A DNA stretch of 63,865 nt, filler included, from Octopus bimaculoides (GCF_001194135.2; 5 parts of 5 records of this genome joined end to end with filler, not necessarily neighbours in it); one strand, 5' to 3'. Positions 36,996 through 51,207 are shown, counted from the whole stretch's first letter. Notes: a model not told the origin generated them from the letters alone. Numbers and translations: made by a program.

Positions 36996-39271
36996 TTTTG
37001 ACGGCCATTAATTTTACTGAAGGTGTGCTTTTCAAGAATGTAAATTTTAATGTATTTGAAGAGCAAAATCTTCGGCGTGTTTGGGAAGCATATTAGAAAT
37101 CTACTCTTTAACCGAAATCAATACTTGAGTTCTTTAAATATGAATGCCACTGAAGCCCGGTCTCTTCATCATATGAATAAGCGGTTCACATAGTGTGACT
37201 TAGTGTGCTTACATTTCTACCGGCAATACCATCTACATACTGAATTAGCAATGAGGAATTACCAACAAAATCTATCTACCACTCTTAAGTAATCGCCCTC
37301 AAGTTACATCTTCGCTCGTGTAGACATTTCCTTCATATTTTCAAATCAAAATTTCCTCGAAATTGTCTGCTGATGTGTTCGCGAGTGGCATTTATAAGCG
37401 TGGTTTTCTAGACAGTTAAAATTAACAATCAGACAGATATATCAAGTCTGCTAAGATTGAAAATATAAAAGTAGAAAGAAAGGAAAAGAAAAACATCGTT
37501 ATTACCAAAAAAAGTAGGCATGCCTTGACTAGGAATTGAGCAACAATTCCTAGTCAGTAACGGTACAGACTGAGTCGGAGACCCAATGCATTAGTTTACC
37601 TCTGTCACTTACTTGACAAAACAATGGGCATCAGAGAATCTTATGCATATACATAAAAGTGTGAAACCAATATTACTTTTGTTATTGATATAGCTGATTT
37701 CGATATGATTGATGTTGTGATAGTAAAAACTGAATAGTGGAGATAAATTATTGACACATCGAGTATATAACTCATTGTTGATTACGTTTGGACATATTTC
37801 ACTTTATATAAAACTCTAATCTCGTTTGCAAAAAAAAAAAGAGAAAGATGAAAACAACGCACCTCCCCTTACTCTTCCTCAGTCATTTTCAACAATTTTG
37901 GCGAGCAACGTGTGTGTGTGTGTGTCCGTGCGCGTGCGCGTGCGTGCGTGTTTGTGTGTGCGTGTGTAAATGTATGATGGATACAAAATGATGGCAATCA
38001 AGAGACATATCTCACTATTTACTGTAATCTACATGATCTGTCTTTTAGAAGATGGATAACACACTGTTTTGTATTATTGTTTGTATATGTGCATGTACGT
38101 GTGTGTGTGTGTGTGTGTATGTGTGTGTGTGCTTCGCAGTAACAGAATACTGTCAACATTAAGTCAAGACTTGAGTTAATCAGTCTCACTGTATGAAACA
38201 TTCATTATACGTAATTCGTATTCTTGATGTGCTCACTAACTGTAAAGACAGTAATTATTTCGAGAAAACCACACAACGAAAACTAAAATTAGTTTGTGGT
38301 AGGAAATGATCTTTGACATTTGCAAGTAAATCGGCCAGATATATAGGATTTCACCCACCGCTGACATTATTTAATTGACCATCAGTTTCCCGGTGATTAG
38401 AATGGCTATTATTGATTCTTCGATTAACTGATATCAAATTCCTTTTCTCACTGATTGATCAACACTTATATTGGGGGTAATGTCACGCATTGCAACATTT
38501 TGTTCTAAATTACCCACCTTAACATTGAATTTTAAGCCATCTTGACTAACTAACTTTAATTAAAATAATAAAGAAAGAAAGAAAGAAAATGACATTTAGA
38601 ATCAATTAATGAAATCTCTGATTGGCAAAGTAATTATAAAACTGGTTTTGTTACATAGTCAAAAAGAGAAAGTTTTGTGGAAGTTTGATACACTTCATAG
38701 AAACAACACTGGGTATTGACGATAATTGCTGCCGATGCTTTAGCTCTAACTTGAAGAAGTAACAGCTAAATATCCCTTCAATTACTCAATTCCAATGTTT
38801 GAAGAAAGTACATTTCTCTGCCCGAAACATTTCCTGATATGCAAAAAGAAGAAATAGTCATGAGAGGAACATCTGTGATCAGAGACTTACTCGATCAAAG
38901 CTGAAATGAAGTTTAAACGATATGTGGTAATTAATTTATTACCTAAAATGTATAAAATGAGAAATTCCCCAAAGAAATGTTTCGGTTCAAATCTACATAG
39001 ATGAAACTAAGTAATACTACCAAGTTATTCCGTGCAGCTTTCAACTAAACGCAATGAATATAAGACTGAAATATAGCGTGCAGATAATGGTAATTCAGTT
39101 TAATATTCTGGTGCAGTATCGATAAACTTATTGGTAACAACATGAGCATAATAATAAATATGATTACACACCACATAAATACACATACATGCATAACATA
39201 CACACGCACACGCACGTGTGTGTGTGTGTATGTGTGCGTGCGTGTGTGTGTGTGTGTGCGTNNNNNNNNNN

Positions 39272-39314
<43 letters not shown>

Positions 39315-41496
39315 CTATATATACTGAAATAGACACGCCGACTCAAAATGTTTTGCAGTTATCTTCTCAAGTTATCTTGGTATTAATGCCAGTCATACTA
39401 TGCATGAGTTGTGAATATTCTACTGGTGCCTAAAGTTGTTTTGGAATCCTATTGTTTTTAAATAGATGAGTGGTTTATGTATATCAGTTAACATACTGTT
39501 AATGACCTCACATCGAGCTCAACAACTTGGAAAGATCTTCATTGATTCTGAACACTCTCTACTGACTAAATAATTTGGAGGATGGATCATTATGATTTAA
39601 TCAATTCTAGCATCTAAATAGTACTTTTTTTCTACTGAACATTGAAAGAATGAAAGACAATTCATTATTAGCAGAATATGAATTTAGGACATAAAAAGAT
39701 AAAATTAAATATCCCAAAGTATTTGATCCAACGCGCTTATGTTTCTGGCAGCCAATGCTTTCTTCAGATTGCATAACATATTAAGAATTTTCCGTCAAAC
39801 TTAAAGGCGAAGCACTAAGGGGATAAAATAGATCTTCACAAAGTTCCAAGTTTATTATTGAACTGAAATATTTACATGATAATATAGTAATCACAGAATT
39901 TTAATATGCTACTTGCCTATGAAATTATGGATTTGATCATTTCTTTTCAGATAACACTAGCATAATGTAAATTGACAAAGCAATATGTGAACCATATGCT
40001 ATCAACTTTGGTGTGTCTCACAGTTATCCTATTTTCGCTACAATTTTGATCGAGCACATCAGCAATCTGCACTCTTTCTCTCGTTGCACATACTCTGTCA
40101 CCATATCAAGTTTTTTCATTATTAACAATATTGCTAATCCTTTCTTGCTACAGTATCATCTCTTCAGAATTTAATTCCCTCCTGCTTCTTCTTATTGATC
40201 ACATTTGCCTGGAAAGGCCCGCATAGGTCGTGGTCCTTTCCTTTATCTACTGTCAACTCAAAATTACCTCAGAGCGAATGAGCAAACCAACAGAGTTGTT
40301 GTAACTGTTCAATACCAGGTCAGCCTTAATGCAGCTGACCTATGATCAAAGGTGATCTAACCTTGACTATTCAGTCTTTTTTTTTTTTTTTTTCAAGTAC
40401 AATGGTGTAACGAGGATTACACTAGCCGAAATATACTGCATCTTTTTTGTGAGATGGTAGGGTGTGATTTGAAAGGTATTAGCTGATATTTCTAGCAGAT
40501 CATATAAATGCTTAGAGATACCTGCTTTGACTTATGACATACATGATGATGATGAAGAAGAGAAGATGGTTCATTTATAATTATCAGGAGCGGCAGCAGT
40601 AACAGAGACATTTTATTATTATTCAATTTCTCATTGTTCTTCTTTTTCCCTCCTCCTCCTCCTCCTTTATCATTTTCGATTTTTCCTTCATTCATTTAGT
40701 TGTTCGTATTATAGTGTAACCACCATTAAACATATTACAGTTGACCTATAGGAAAAACATTCATGCCTGAAGGATGTTCCAACTCGTATTCTGATTGCGA
40801 CCACATTGTCTGTAATGTCGGAAAGTCGTGCTTAGATTACCGACTGAAAAATTGTCGCCATTTAAAAAAAAAATAAAGAGATTTTATTTTAATAGCAGTT
40901 TTGATGCCAGACTAAGCAGATCTAGCGACTTTACCTTATTTCCTTCCCTTGTCGCACCTCAGCTCTTAGTTGTTGGTTATGATGATGAATTACTGATCCG
41001 GCTGTTTTGTTTGTTTGCTTTTGGTTTCCTTGTTGATTCTTCATTTAATTCGTTGTTGTATATATTTCATCATTTACTCCATTTCCCATTCGTTTTCATT
41101 ATTTTCTCTCCCTTTTCATCATTTCCCTTCTTACCCCCTCCTTTCTAGCTTCCTCTTCTTCTTCTTCTTCTTCTTCTTCTTCCATCATCATCATCATCAT
41201 TATCCTCGTTATTGTTATTCCTATTCTTTTCCACTTCATTTTCACTTTTTATTCTTTTTTTGTGACTCCTTCTCTGTGTCTTTGTTCCCCCCTCTCTCTC
41301 TCTCTCATTCTTTCCCTCTTTCTCCCTCTCACGCTCTCTTCTCCATTGATTTATCTTTGTCTTAGATATTTATAAATGCTAAGAATCGATCAACTCTTGA
41401 TTACTGCAAGAATAAGCGGACGAAGGCGAGGAAATTGAAATAAAAAATGAATGAAAGCAAAAGAGTGAGACCTATACAAATATATCTCTGTGTATA

Positions 41497-41527
<31 letters not shown>

Positions 41528-41902
41528 CTTTGTGGGCGTGCGTATGACTACCATATATGGATATGTGTGCTTATCGATACATACATACAAACAAGAACAT
41601 ACGGGATAACTGCAGACATGTATATATATTTATGTGTGTGTATGAATGTGTGTACGTAAGTGTGTATGTGTGTTGTGTGTGATTATGATCATTATATTTA
41701 CAAATGTGTATGGTGACTGTTTTTTTTCTTGTATATTGATGTGGGTGAAAGATATATATAAATATATAGGCATATATATGCATATGTATGTATGTATATG
41801 TATATGCACACATATATACATATATATATATTTACACACACACATATATATGCATACATATATAAATATATATGTGTATATGCATATATATATATCTATA
41901 TA

Positions 41903-41953
<51 letters not shown>

Positions 41954-42571
41954 ATATGGTAGACAAAATAGAGAATGAGTTGGAGGGATAATATAAAAAA
42001 ATGTGAGAGGGATTGAGTGTGAGACAGAAGATGTGGATTTATGCATGAAAAGGAAAAGGAAAGACTCTACGAACAAAGAATACGGACGTTTCTAATATTA
42101 ACAGTATTGTTTACAAAAATTTCAAGGAGGGAAAGACTATTGAAGCTCGTTTTATTACAGACGTTTTTGTTAGTTTACCATCTTCCTACTTTTATTTCTT
42201 TCTTGCTATCTTTCTTCGTTTTATTTATTTATTTATTATTCTGTTTCTCTTTGAAGACAGATCACCTAGAATAAAGTATTATGCTGTTTTTATAATTGTG
42301 GTCATTGTTTTTGTTGATGTTTTTGTTGATTTTGTGTCCGTTGTTTGGAGTTTTATTCGCCAAGATATCTGAGTGTATGTGTGTTACTGTGTTTGTCGAT
42401 ATTTGGTGGAGATAGGTATATCTTGTATGTAGACATGTTTAGGTGTTTATGTATACATATCAACGCACATATGTGTGTGTATGTACGTGTGTTTGTCTTC
42501 TGCTTTTTTTTTTTCATCTTTAGTCGAATTTTGTGTTCTTTCTTTTCATTTATAGAGAACCCACTTGTTAC

Positions 42572-42605
42572 CTGTCTGATTCACAGTAATGATGGCGTTG
42601 CGTGC
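42572..42605 (-). CDS. candidate 34-bp coding exon (phase 0-1 if read ARNAIITVNQT)
   Basis: A long pyrimidine tract ending gttctcag and donor CAG|GTAACA. The phases would bridge exon 49193 to exon 31992. Confidence 0.45.
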
Positions 42606-43947
42606 CTGAGAACATTCGTGCAACAAAGTTGTGGAAAAGAAGGAAAAATAAAGAGAAAATGGCAAACAAAAATGAAACGAAGGAACATAGGATATAAGAA
42701 ATAAATGAAAATCGATATACAGAAAGATAGATTGATAGAAAGAAAGAAAGAAAGAAAGAAAAATTGAAGTACATCGTTTTAAAGTGTTGTTTCATTGTTA
42801 GTTGAAAGAAAAGTTTTAGTTTGTCTTTTTTTTAATTTTGTTTTCGGGTCTATATTAAAAATAGTGTCTGCACACGCATGTGTGAATATTTAAAACAATA
42901 GTCTATACACGCATGTGTATATATCTGAAAGAGAGATTGTATGCGCATGCGGACGGCTGTTTACTTTATTTAATAGGTTTATTGATTGAGGAAAGCCAAG
43001 TGTGTGCTTGGATTGGCGACAATGGTTAACCCAATACTTCGTTAATACATCGCTAATCGAATTCATAACCAAGGTAATTCTGCGATGTCATACTTATCCT
43101 TCTCCCCACTAGGAGCTATTAGGGCAAATAGCAGCATGGTTCTGCAAGTTATTTTCGGTGCCTAAGATTACATGAATCCCTGCCTGGTTGATAAATGCTT
43201 TGTCCTTAGATTCTGGCAGAGATGGTTTTAGGGATGAGTATACGACATATATCCTCCTGTATTCATTCAACGAAAACTGTCAACTTCAATAACGTTAATT
43301 TTACATCAGACAAAGAACTATAACCCAATACAGTTCCTTTTGCTTTTCCTTTTGCTGATTTCAGTCAAAGGCTGTAGCCATGCTGGGGGGGGGGGCACCT
43401 TTGTGGAAAATGCTTACTGTAAAGCTCTACAAACTGTATTTGTAAAGCATTACATTACACGTTCCTAGAACTCATTCACTAAAACATTTCATAAGAAAAG
43501 TCATAGGTTTTTTTCCGAATAAGGCCTTATTCGCTTTGCCAGGAGGAAAAGAGGACAGTGGGTGACACATTACAGGACCTCTGAATCTGATTTAGGAAGG
43601 TATCCTTTAGTCAAAAATCTACCTAGCTCGAATGCTTGCAACATTGTTCATCGTTAAAGGTTCATAAGAACTACCTAGGGCTAAACCTGACGTTGGATTA
43701 GCCACCAATGTAGAGCGACACAAAGAACCAGATCAGACAACGCAAACCATCGGGTCGACGTTTAACTATTTCGTCCGTTTGTTTAACTATTTCGTCCGTT
43801 TGGTATAACAAGTAGAAAGATAAATTTTATTCAACGCATATATACTGAACAGTATAGATATAAAAGATAAAATCCCTCTTTCTTTTTAAAAGCAGAAAAA
43901 TTTCCAGGGATGTGAGTTCGATTCTCATGGCTGGCTGNNNNNNNNNN

Positions 43948-44021
<74 letters not shown>

Positions 44022-45224
44022 ATATATATACACATATAAAATATAGAATGCTTCAACAATTTGTGTATCAGCCTTGCGTATCCATTTTTCTTTTGTAATA
44101 TAAACTTCAACCGAGAGCCTGAAAAAAACACTGCTGCATGTTAGAGTGTTCGTCTCATGGCCATAAGGTCAGGGGTTCAATTCCTGGACCAACTGGTGCA
44201 TCATGTCCTTCAGCTTCAGTAAGGCACTTCATTTCGAGTTATTCTCATCTACTGAGCTATAATGAGAACAAACCGGTTACTGGTGCTGCTCTCTCTTCTT
44301 CCGGCTCTCTCAACCTGGTTGTTACCCTAAATCAGCGATGGTTTGGGCTGAGAGGGTTTCTGTGTCTGCTCAAAGGTGCATAGTCGCTTAAAACAAATTA
44401 TAGCATATGCAAACAAGTCATATTCACTCGCGACTGGTGGCTGGCTCTACTGCTTATAGCGCCTAACTGTTAAAATCACGTTTAAAGATGATGTATCTCG
44501 CCTCTAGATTTCTCTAATTACTTATAATCCACAATGAGAGAGTTCGAAAGAAGAGTTCTACCTGTTCATTTGCTGTGGGAAACTAGAATCTAGCGTTTAA
44601 GCAAGACCTTTCGTCTATAAGTAAAAAAAAAAAATCTGGCATTTATTGCTGTCAACCCAAGCGAAAATGCCATACTTTCTATATCTTTTACAATGCGAAG
44701 AAATGAACTTAGAAATATAAAGAATTTATCTAGCTCGTGGTTACGCCTTGATATTAGTAAAGGACATTCGGATTCACTCAACTGTGATTTTTAAGGCTTT
44801 GACTTATCTACTTAATGACATAAGTATTAAATTTTCTAAATGTTTCTGTTCCCTTGAAAATTCATACGAATGCTAGATGCACTTATTACACACACACACA
44901 CACATACACACACACACACACACACACANNNNNNNNNNNNNNNNNNNNNNNNNNNNNNNNNNNNNNNNNNNNNNNNNNNNNNNNNNNNNNNNNNNNNNNN
45001 NNNNNNNNNNNNNNNNNNNNNNNNNNNNNNNNNNNNNNNNNNNNNNNNNNNNNNNNNNNNNNNNNNNNNNNNNNNNNNNNNNNNNNNNNNNNNNNNNNNN
45101 NNNNNNNNNNNNNNNNNNNNNNNNNNNNNNNNNNNNNNNNNNNNNNNNNNNNNNNNNNNNNNNNNNNNNNNNNNNNNNNNNNNNNNNNNNNNNNNNNNNN
45201 NNNNNNNNNNNNNNNNNNNNNNNN

Positions 45225-45991
45225 ACTGTTATTTGCATTTTGAGAATAAATTTAGTGACCGATGTTTGCAGGTAAATATTATACTGTTGCGTTCATTAAG
45301 ACAATGTTCAAACCGCCGTTGTTTGACAACAAATTCTGAAGCCTGGCTGTAATGAAGGAACTGATTTCTTTTATTAGAATTACAAAAACGAATCCATTTT
45401 ACATCCCCAGTTACATTTCGACACCAAAATAGGCGTATGAAGGATTTTTTAACACTTGTTTGGAAATGTTCCCTTGTTATTGAGCCTCGTATTGAGCGTC
45501 TATCCACAAGGCCGAGCTTATCGATGTGTCCACTGATGGTACTTTGTGAAGAACCAAGTTCTGCAGACAATGTACGAGTTTTTGTGCCTGGCTGTTTTTC
45601 AAACTTTTCAACAACAGGAAGTCTCCCTGATCTTGGTTTGTCCTTGGGGGCTGATGCCACCTTCCTTGAAACGTCTGAGCTGGTTTTATACCACATTTTC
45701 GTTGACAGTTTTTGGGCCTTCAACATCATCAACTTCTTTTGACGCTGCCCTTGCACTTGGGCTTTTTTCCCCACAAATAACTTTAAAATTGACTGTAATT
45801 TGTTCACTACTCATTATCAAAGCTGTGATATAAAGAATAAGCAACTAATATTTACATGTTATACATGAAAATAAAGAATAAACAATTCAGCAATGATTGG
45901 ACAAGTTGTACCACATTAATGATGTAACATGAAGATAGAAGTTGCCAAAGTCATCAGCGGAAATTCGAAAAAACTTTCAACTCAACCTGGT
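45225..45991 (-). mobile_element. decayed mariner transposon (5' TIR plus transposase N-terminal half, running into a gap)
   Basis: Translates DKPRSGRLP...KTRTLSAELGSSQSTISGHIDKLG...RNVTGDVKWI, the mariner HTH (EPRSGRP) and first catalytic TGDEKW motif. TA|ccaggttgagttgaaaag is TIR-like at 45971-45991. Confidence 0.8.
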
Positions 45992-46829
45992 ATATATATC
46001 TTTATATGTGTGTGTGTATGTGTGTATGTGTGTATGCGTGCGTGTGCAGGCGCGTGTTTGAGTGTGTATGTGTGCATGTGTATGTGTTTATGTGTGTGTC
46101 TATGAACTTGTATGGAGAAAGAGAGAAAGAATGGTTATATTTAGCCGACATTCTGTAAGAATTATCTGCCAAATATCTTTCAGATGACACTCCCAACGAT
46201 TTTAATTAAAAAGAGGAAGGACGCAAAGATGGGATTATAATTCTCCTCTATGAAAGCTGACTTGGGACAAAACCAATAAACTACCAAAAAAATACAACAC
46301 GTATGGATTCAATGTATTAACGTACTTGCATGCCGGATGTAGTTAACACTTGAAAGATTCAGCAACTCGAAATACTCCATTGCTCCTGTTGCTCAGCAAC
46401 AAGCCAGCCTTCATAGAGATGACATCCGAACTTATGGCGTTCTTCTAAGAACTAAAGGCATTCAATAATGATATTTCTGGTTTTTTCTTCTTCCTTTTTT
46501 ATTTATTCATACAAAGTCCAATGTGTCTTTTTGAAAATGACAAGAACTGATTTGAAAGAATTTGGCTGTTATTCCTAACAAGCTGATCAACTACATACAA
46601 GGTCACTCATTTGTTCGAGGTACGTATTTCAACGCTAAATAGTATCCTCAGCTTATGTACCAATTCTGTTTCCCAACTCGTGTTTCTTCTTTTAAACATT
46701 ATGAGGGTTTGATTTATGTTGCCTTCGGTTAGCCTAAACCTGGTGGAAACTATTTTATGGTCTCCAGATCATAAAATAGCCGATTTCTTTATGACACCAA
46801 TAGAGAGAGGGGCAGAAAGAGAAAAGTAT

Positions 46830-46980
46830 CGATTCCAGTACTTGGAATGGTTGTTTATTTATCAACCCGTAAAGAATGAAAGACGAAGTTGATTCGGTGG
46901 GATTTGAACTCAAGGCAGCACAGTTAACTAGAATGTATACTGCAAGGCATTCTAACCGTTGATCTGCCAATTCATCGCCT
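46830..46980 (-). mobile_element. decayed central-domain SINE
   Basis: ttatcaacccgtaaagaatgaaagacgaagttgattcggtgggatttgaactc matches the family at 25840-25912. Confidence 0.65.
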
Positions 46981-48609
46981 TGTTGGGGTTTCGAGGTGCC
47001 AGAAAAAGGGGTATACACCATGGAAATGTCTGATCATTTCAGTACGTATATTTAAAATAACATATTACTCGATGGCCAATGCTAGTGTTGGTTGTCTCCA
47101 AACAGATTTGTGTACACATTTACAGAAATAAATAAAGAAAGAAAGAAAGAAAGAACGAAGAAATGGGAATGCCTTTACATTATCATTTGACAAGCTGGAA
47201 ATACCAACCAAAATCACACCGATAACGAAACTCGACATACAAAACGTACGAATGGCCATGGCTGGAATGCCTTTCGCTTCACGTCTGGGTGGTAAGAGCT
47301 GACCTGGGACTTAATAATATGAACAACAACAACAACAAAAAACAATAGCATACACACACTTAAATGTACGAGAGCACGCTTCTATTTCCAGCTGAAGCTG
47401 TTCAGGTATTTTTACATAACTAGTACAAGGAAATTGCTGTACATCACAAATGTTTAGATCTTATCCCACTCACTTTTTCTTGCTCTCTTTTTCTCCTACA
47501 TTTTCTTCTTATTGCAACTTGAGTTTTTGTCTTACGTTTATCCCACTGGCCATATTTTAAACAAACCTGCAATTTACTTTTACACAAAATAATGCTGGTT
47601 ATATCTAGCTACGAAGGAAGTTGGTCAAAGATACTGGTTATTCCGAAACACAAATAAACATCATAGTATGGATGGGGGCTTTGAGATAATTTCTATAACA
47701 AAATACTGCAGCCCTTCATTTAGTAACAAGACATTTTTTAATACCATTATCTGGTACTGAGAGCTTGTATTAGAAATTGTTCCGTTTGAGTATATCACAC
47801 TCTCTCGATACACTTTTCCCTAAAAACATTCTCATTAGACTAGTCTCGCTGACTCTCAAACGTTCCCTATCGAAACAGATCCCAGTAAAGGTCTCTTCTC
47901 ATATCGTATTGAGGTATGAACCGTATGTGAATTCTTTCCAACGTTACCTATTCTATCGGCTGGCACATAATGCCGTATATCTATCATCCCAAGATTGAGC
48001 GAGCGAGCGAGCGTTGGTGTGCAAGGAACCAAACTAAACGTCTTCAGCTACTCTACACATAAGTGATTTCTCATGCTGATCTCACACCAAGTCTAAATCT
48101 CAAAGACAAAGTTTGTTTCTTTAGAGTCAACAAACACATAAATTTAGATCACTTTCTAGTCGCCTCCAAATATTAATTACTATCCAAAGTGGTATACTAC
48201 TTACCTATCTGGAATCGTATGGTGACTATAAAACATAATATATATAATAAGTTACATTACTACAAGGAAGCCATTCTGCTGAATGGCTAAGTTTTGTTCA
48301 TATGCTACAAGCTCCAGTATATAGTTTCACAGTTTGTTCTGTTTGCCTCATTTTCAGTTATTACAATAGCCTTTGTTCTTCTGAATTAGAAGTTTCTCTT
48401 CTACCTACTGCGGAGCCGACCCCCGAATTGGTGGTGATTCAGGCAAAACCGTATTTCTGCGCACGTACAGTAATGCTTTAACATTTTAAAGCTGCAAATA
48501 TAAGAATAAATTTGGTATTATACAAACGAAATGGCACGGTTTAAATGCAACATCAAAGTTACAAATTATTTTTTCGTTAATAAAGAAAGAGAGAGCGAAA
48601 GAGAGAGAA

Positions 48610-48676
<67 letters not shown>

Positions 48677-48677
48677 C

Positions 48678-48710
<33 letters not shown>

Positions 48711-48717
48711 ATATATA

Positions 48718-48749
<32 letters not shown>

Positions 48750-49009
48750 NNNNNNNNNNNNNNNNNNNNNNNNNNNNNNNNNNNNNNNNNNNNNNNNNNN
48801 NNNNNNNNNNNNNNNNNNNNNNNNNNNNNNNNNNNNNNNNNNNNNNNNNNNNNNNNNNNNNNNNNNNNNNNNNNNNNNNNNNNNNNNNNNNNNNNNNNNN
48901 NNNNNNNNNNNNNNNNNNNNNNNNNNNNNNNNNNNNNNNNNNNNNNNNNNNNNNNNNNNNNNNNNNNNNNNNNNNNNNNNNNNNNNNNNNNNNNNNNNNN
49001 NNNNNNNNN

Positions 49010-49040
<31 letters not shown>

Positions 49041-49192
49041 GAGAGAAACAGGGAGAGACCATGTCTACATTGCTGGAGGATTGATGGGCGACAAAAAGTT
49101 CAAAGAAACCCTTTCTTCGATCACCTGTATATATAACGACTGGCGAGGAATGTTCACATAATGTTCTATGATGTTGTATATATTATTCTTAC

Positions 49193-49422
49193 ATTTTTCC
49201 CAACAGTATTTGGAGATCTCCAAACACATGATGCGTCGTCTCCTGGTATATGGCGTCCTAGTCGACTGCCCGCTTTGCCGGTGCTTCCAGAGAACCCTGA
49301 TATGCTATTCGACCCTCTCATAGTTTTATTATCTTTACTGAGCCGTGGACTCCCGAACAGTGCATGCTTTTCATGCTCACTTTGAGGATGTTTAATCTCA
49401 AGTAAACTGCGATTAAGAAGAC
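49193..49422 (-). CDS. coding exon (phase 1-0), unknown protein
   Basis: Acceptor ctgcttatttcag and donor aat|gtaaga flank a 230-bp stop-free frame: LLNRSLLEIKHPQSEHEKHALFGSPRLSKDNKTMRGSNSISGFSGSTGKAGSRLGRHIPGDDASCVWRSPNTVGKN. GC- and CpG-rich relative to flanks. Confidence 0.7.
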
Positions 49423-49766
49423 CTGAAATAAGCAGACTATCAGCAGATCAAAAGCGTTCCATCCGTGATTATCCTGTTATTTTCATTCTCAGGGTAGTAT
49501 ACCGCAGGATTATATATTTTTGATGTATAAATTTCATTCAACACTACGGCGTGATTTGGCTGGAGTTTAAGTGTTATTTCTAACGATTAATCATGTAAGA
49601 CATTGTTTTCCTTAAGAGACGTCCGCGTGCCTAAGGTAAAACATGGATATAGGGTTTATAAAAAGGTCACAGGCAATCACCATTTCCACCTACAAATAAT
49701 TAATAAAGAATAATAATATTTAAACATAATTTCAGACCAGTTTAACGTGCAAACTTTTTACTACTC

Positions 49767-49988
49767 TGTTGTGTCGACGCCCCCAGGCGAAGGAGTAGGT
49801 TCTCCCAAGACATATAAATAGAGGTTGTCTGGCCGTGGTAGGGGTGTTGAGTAGCAGTCGAGTAGCAGTTGTGTAGCGGTTGAGTAGAGATCATCCAAAG
49901 GTGCTAGATAGCAGTAGCTTTGAGACATAACAGTGGCGACGAGGATTTCGTAGCTCACACAGCCACTGGTAGTATTTGAGACATAACA
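49767..49988 (+). mobile_element. internally deleted LTR retroelement (LTR + PBS + 3' LTR tip)
   Basis: TGTTG...TAACA LTR at 49767-49932 containing tataaata. PBS TGGCGACGAGGAT at 49934-49946, a second ttgagacataaca ending at 49988, and flanks tactc/tattc (4/5 target-site duplication). Confidence 0.8.
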
Positions 49989-51207
49989 TATTCTCTTCTA
50001 TGTTCTTCACTTTAGTATCAGACATTCTTTTTGTCTCAATATTCGTCGAATACAAAAGGTCATAAATTGGTTAATTTTTTCAACTCTTCTANNNNNNNNN
50101 NNNNNNNNNNNNNNNNNNNNNNNNNNNNNNNNNNNNNNNNNNNNNNNNNNNNNNNNNNNNNNNNNNNNNNNNNNNNNNNNNNNNNNNNNNNNNNNNNNNN
50201 NNNNNNNNNNNNNNNNNNNNNNNNNNNNNNNNNNNNNNNNNNNNNNNNNNNNNNNNNNNNNNNNNNNNNNNNNNNNNNNNNNNNNNNNNNNNNNNNNNNN
50301 NNNNNNNNNNNNNNNNNNNNNNNNNNNNNNNNNNNNNNNNNNNNNNNNNNNNNNNNNNNNNNNNNNNNNNNNNNNNNNNNNNNNNNNNNNNNNNNNNNNN
50401 NNNNNNNNNNNNNNNNNNNNNNNNNNNNNNNNNNNNNNNNNNNNNNNNNNNNNNNNNNNNNNNNNNNNNNNNNNNNNNNNNNNNNNNNNNNNNNNNNNNN
50501 NNNNNNNNNNNNNNNNNNNNNNNNNNNNNNNNNNNNNNNNNNNNNNNNNNNNNNNNNNNNNNNNNNNNNNNNNNNNNNNNNNNNNNNNNNNNNNNNNNNN
50601 NNNNNNNNNNNNNNNNNNNNNNNNNNNNNNNNNNNNNNNNNNNNNNNNNNNNNNNNNNNNNNNNNNNNNNNNNNNNNNNNNNNNNNNNNNNNNNNNNNNN
50701 NNNNATATATATATATATATATATATGTCCACACATACACAAACACATGAATATGAATATTAAGCGTTGTTTATATGTATTTCAGGATATACAATCTATG
50801 CACGCAATCTTGCATCACACACAAATGGATATACGCACATTTTGTAATAATGAATATTTCTGTATGAGTGTATGTGCTGTGCTCGTATACACGAATGTGT
50901 ATCTGTGTGAATAGGCGTCCATTCTTAACATGTTTATATTATGTCAGGTTACTTTATCATAAAGAATACCCGAAAGAAATCTTTGTTCAAATATTGACAA
51001 AACCTACAGTTTCTGGCTCGGCTCAGCGTTGTGAGTATTGTGTACGTCTTTTGTTCGTTTCAATAATACAGGATCCGACACTCTCCAACCAGACTGCATG
51101 CGTGTGGCTACCGATCTTTACGTTTGAGGATCTGTTAATGTATGTGTTATTGGTCATTCTAAGGTTGTCTATATGACTGTATTCATATTTACATACATAC
51201 ATACATA

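Noticed and set aside
40952-41043. ATG-initiated frame MKNQQGNQKQTNKTAGSVIHHHNQQLRAEVRQGKEI ending at AG|GTAAAG
   Set aside because: A possible first exon, but low complexity, and its phase-2 end does not fit the exon chain.
43090-43256. Minus frame ending NNLQNHAAICPNS, like the end of a TRAF-type finger
   Set aside because: No upstream CxxC, a stop follows, and there is no suitable donor.
43759-43800. 21-bp tandem duplication gtttaactatttcgtccgttt x2, and a 16-bp minisatellite at about 62363-62425
   Set aside because: Ordinary slippage duplications with no spacers, so not CRISPR-like.
47065-47259. Signal-peptide-like ORF MAIRTFCMSSFVIGVILVGISS
   Set aside because: It starts inside a repeat fragment and runs into (TTTC)n.
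50787-51145. Three consecutive plus-strand acceptors with a GTGAGT donor at 51031
   Set aside because: The implied 41-bp intron is very short and the frames do not join without a stop.
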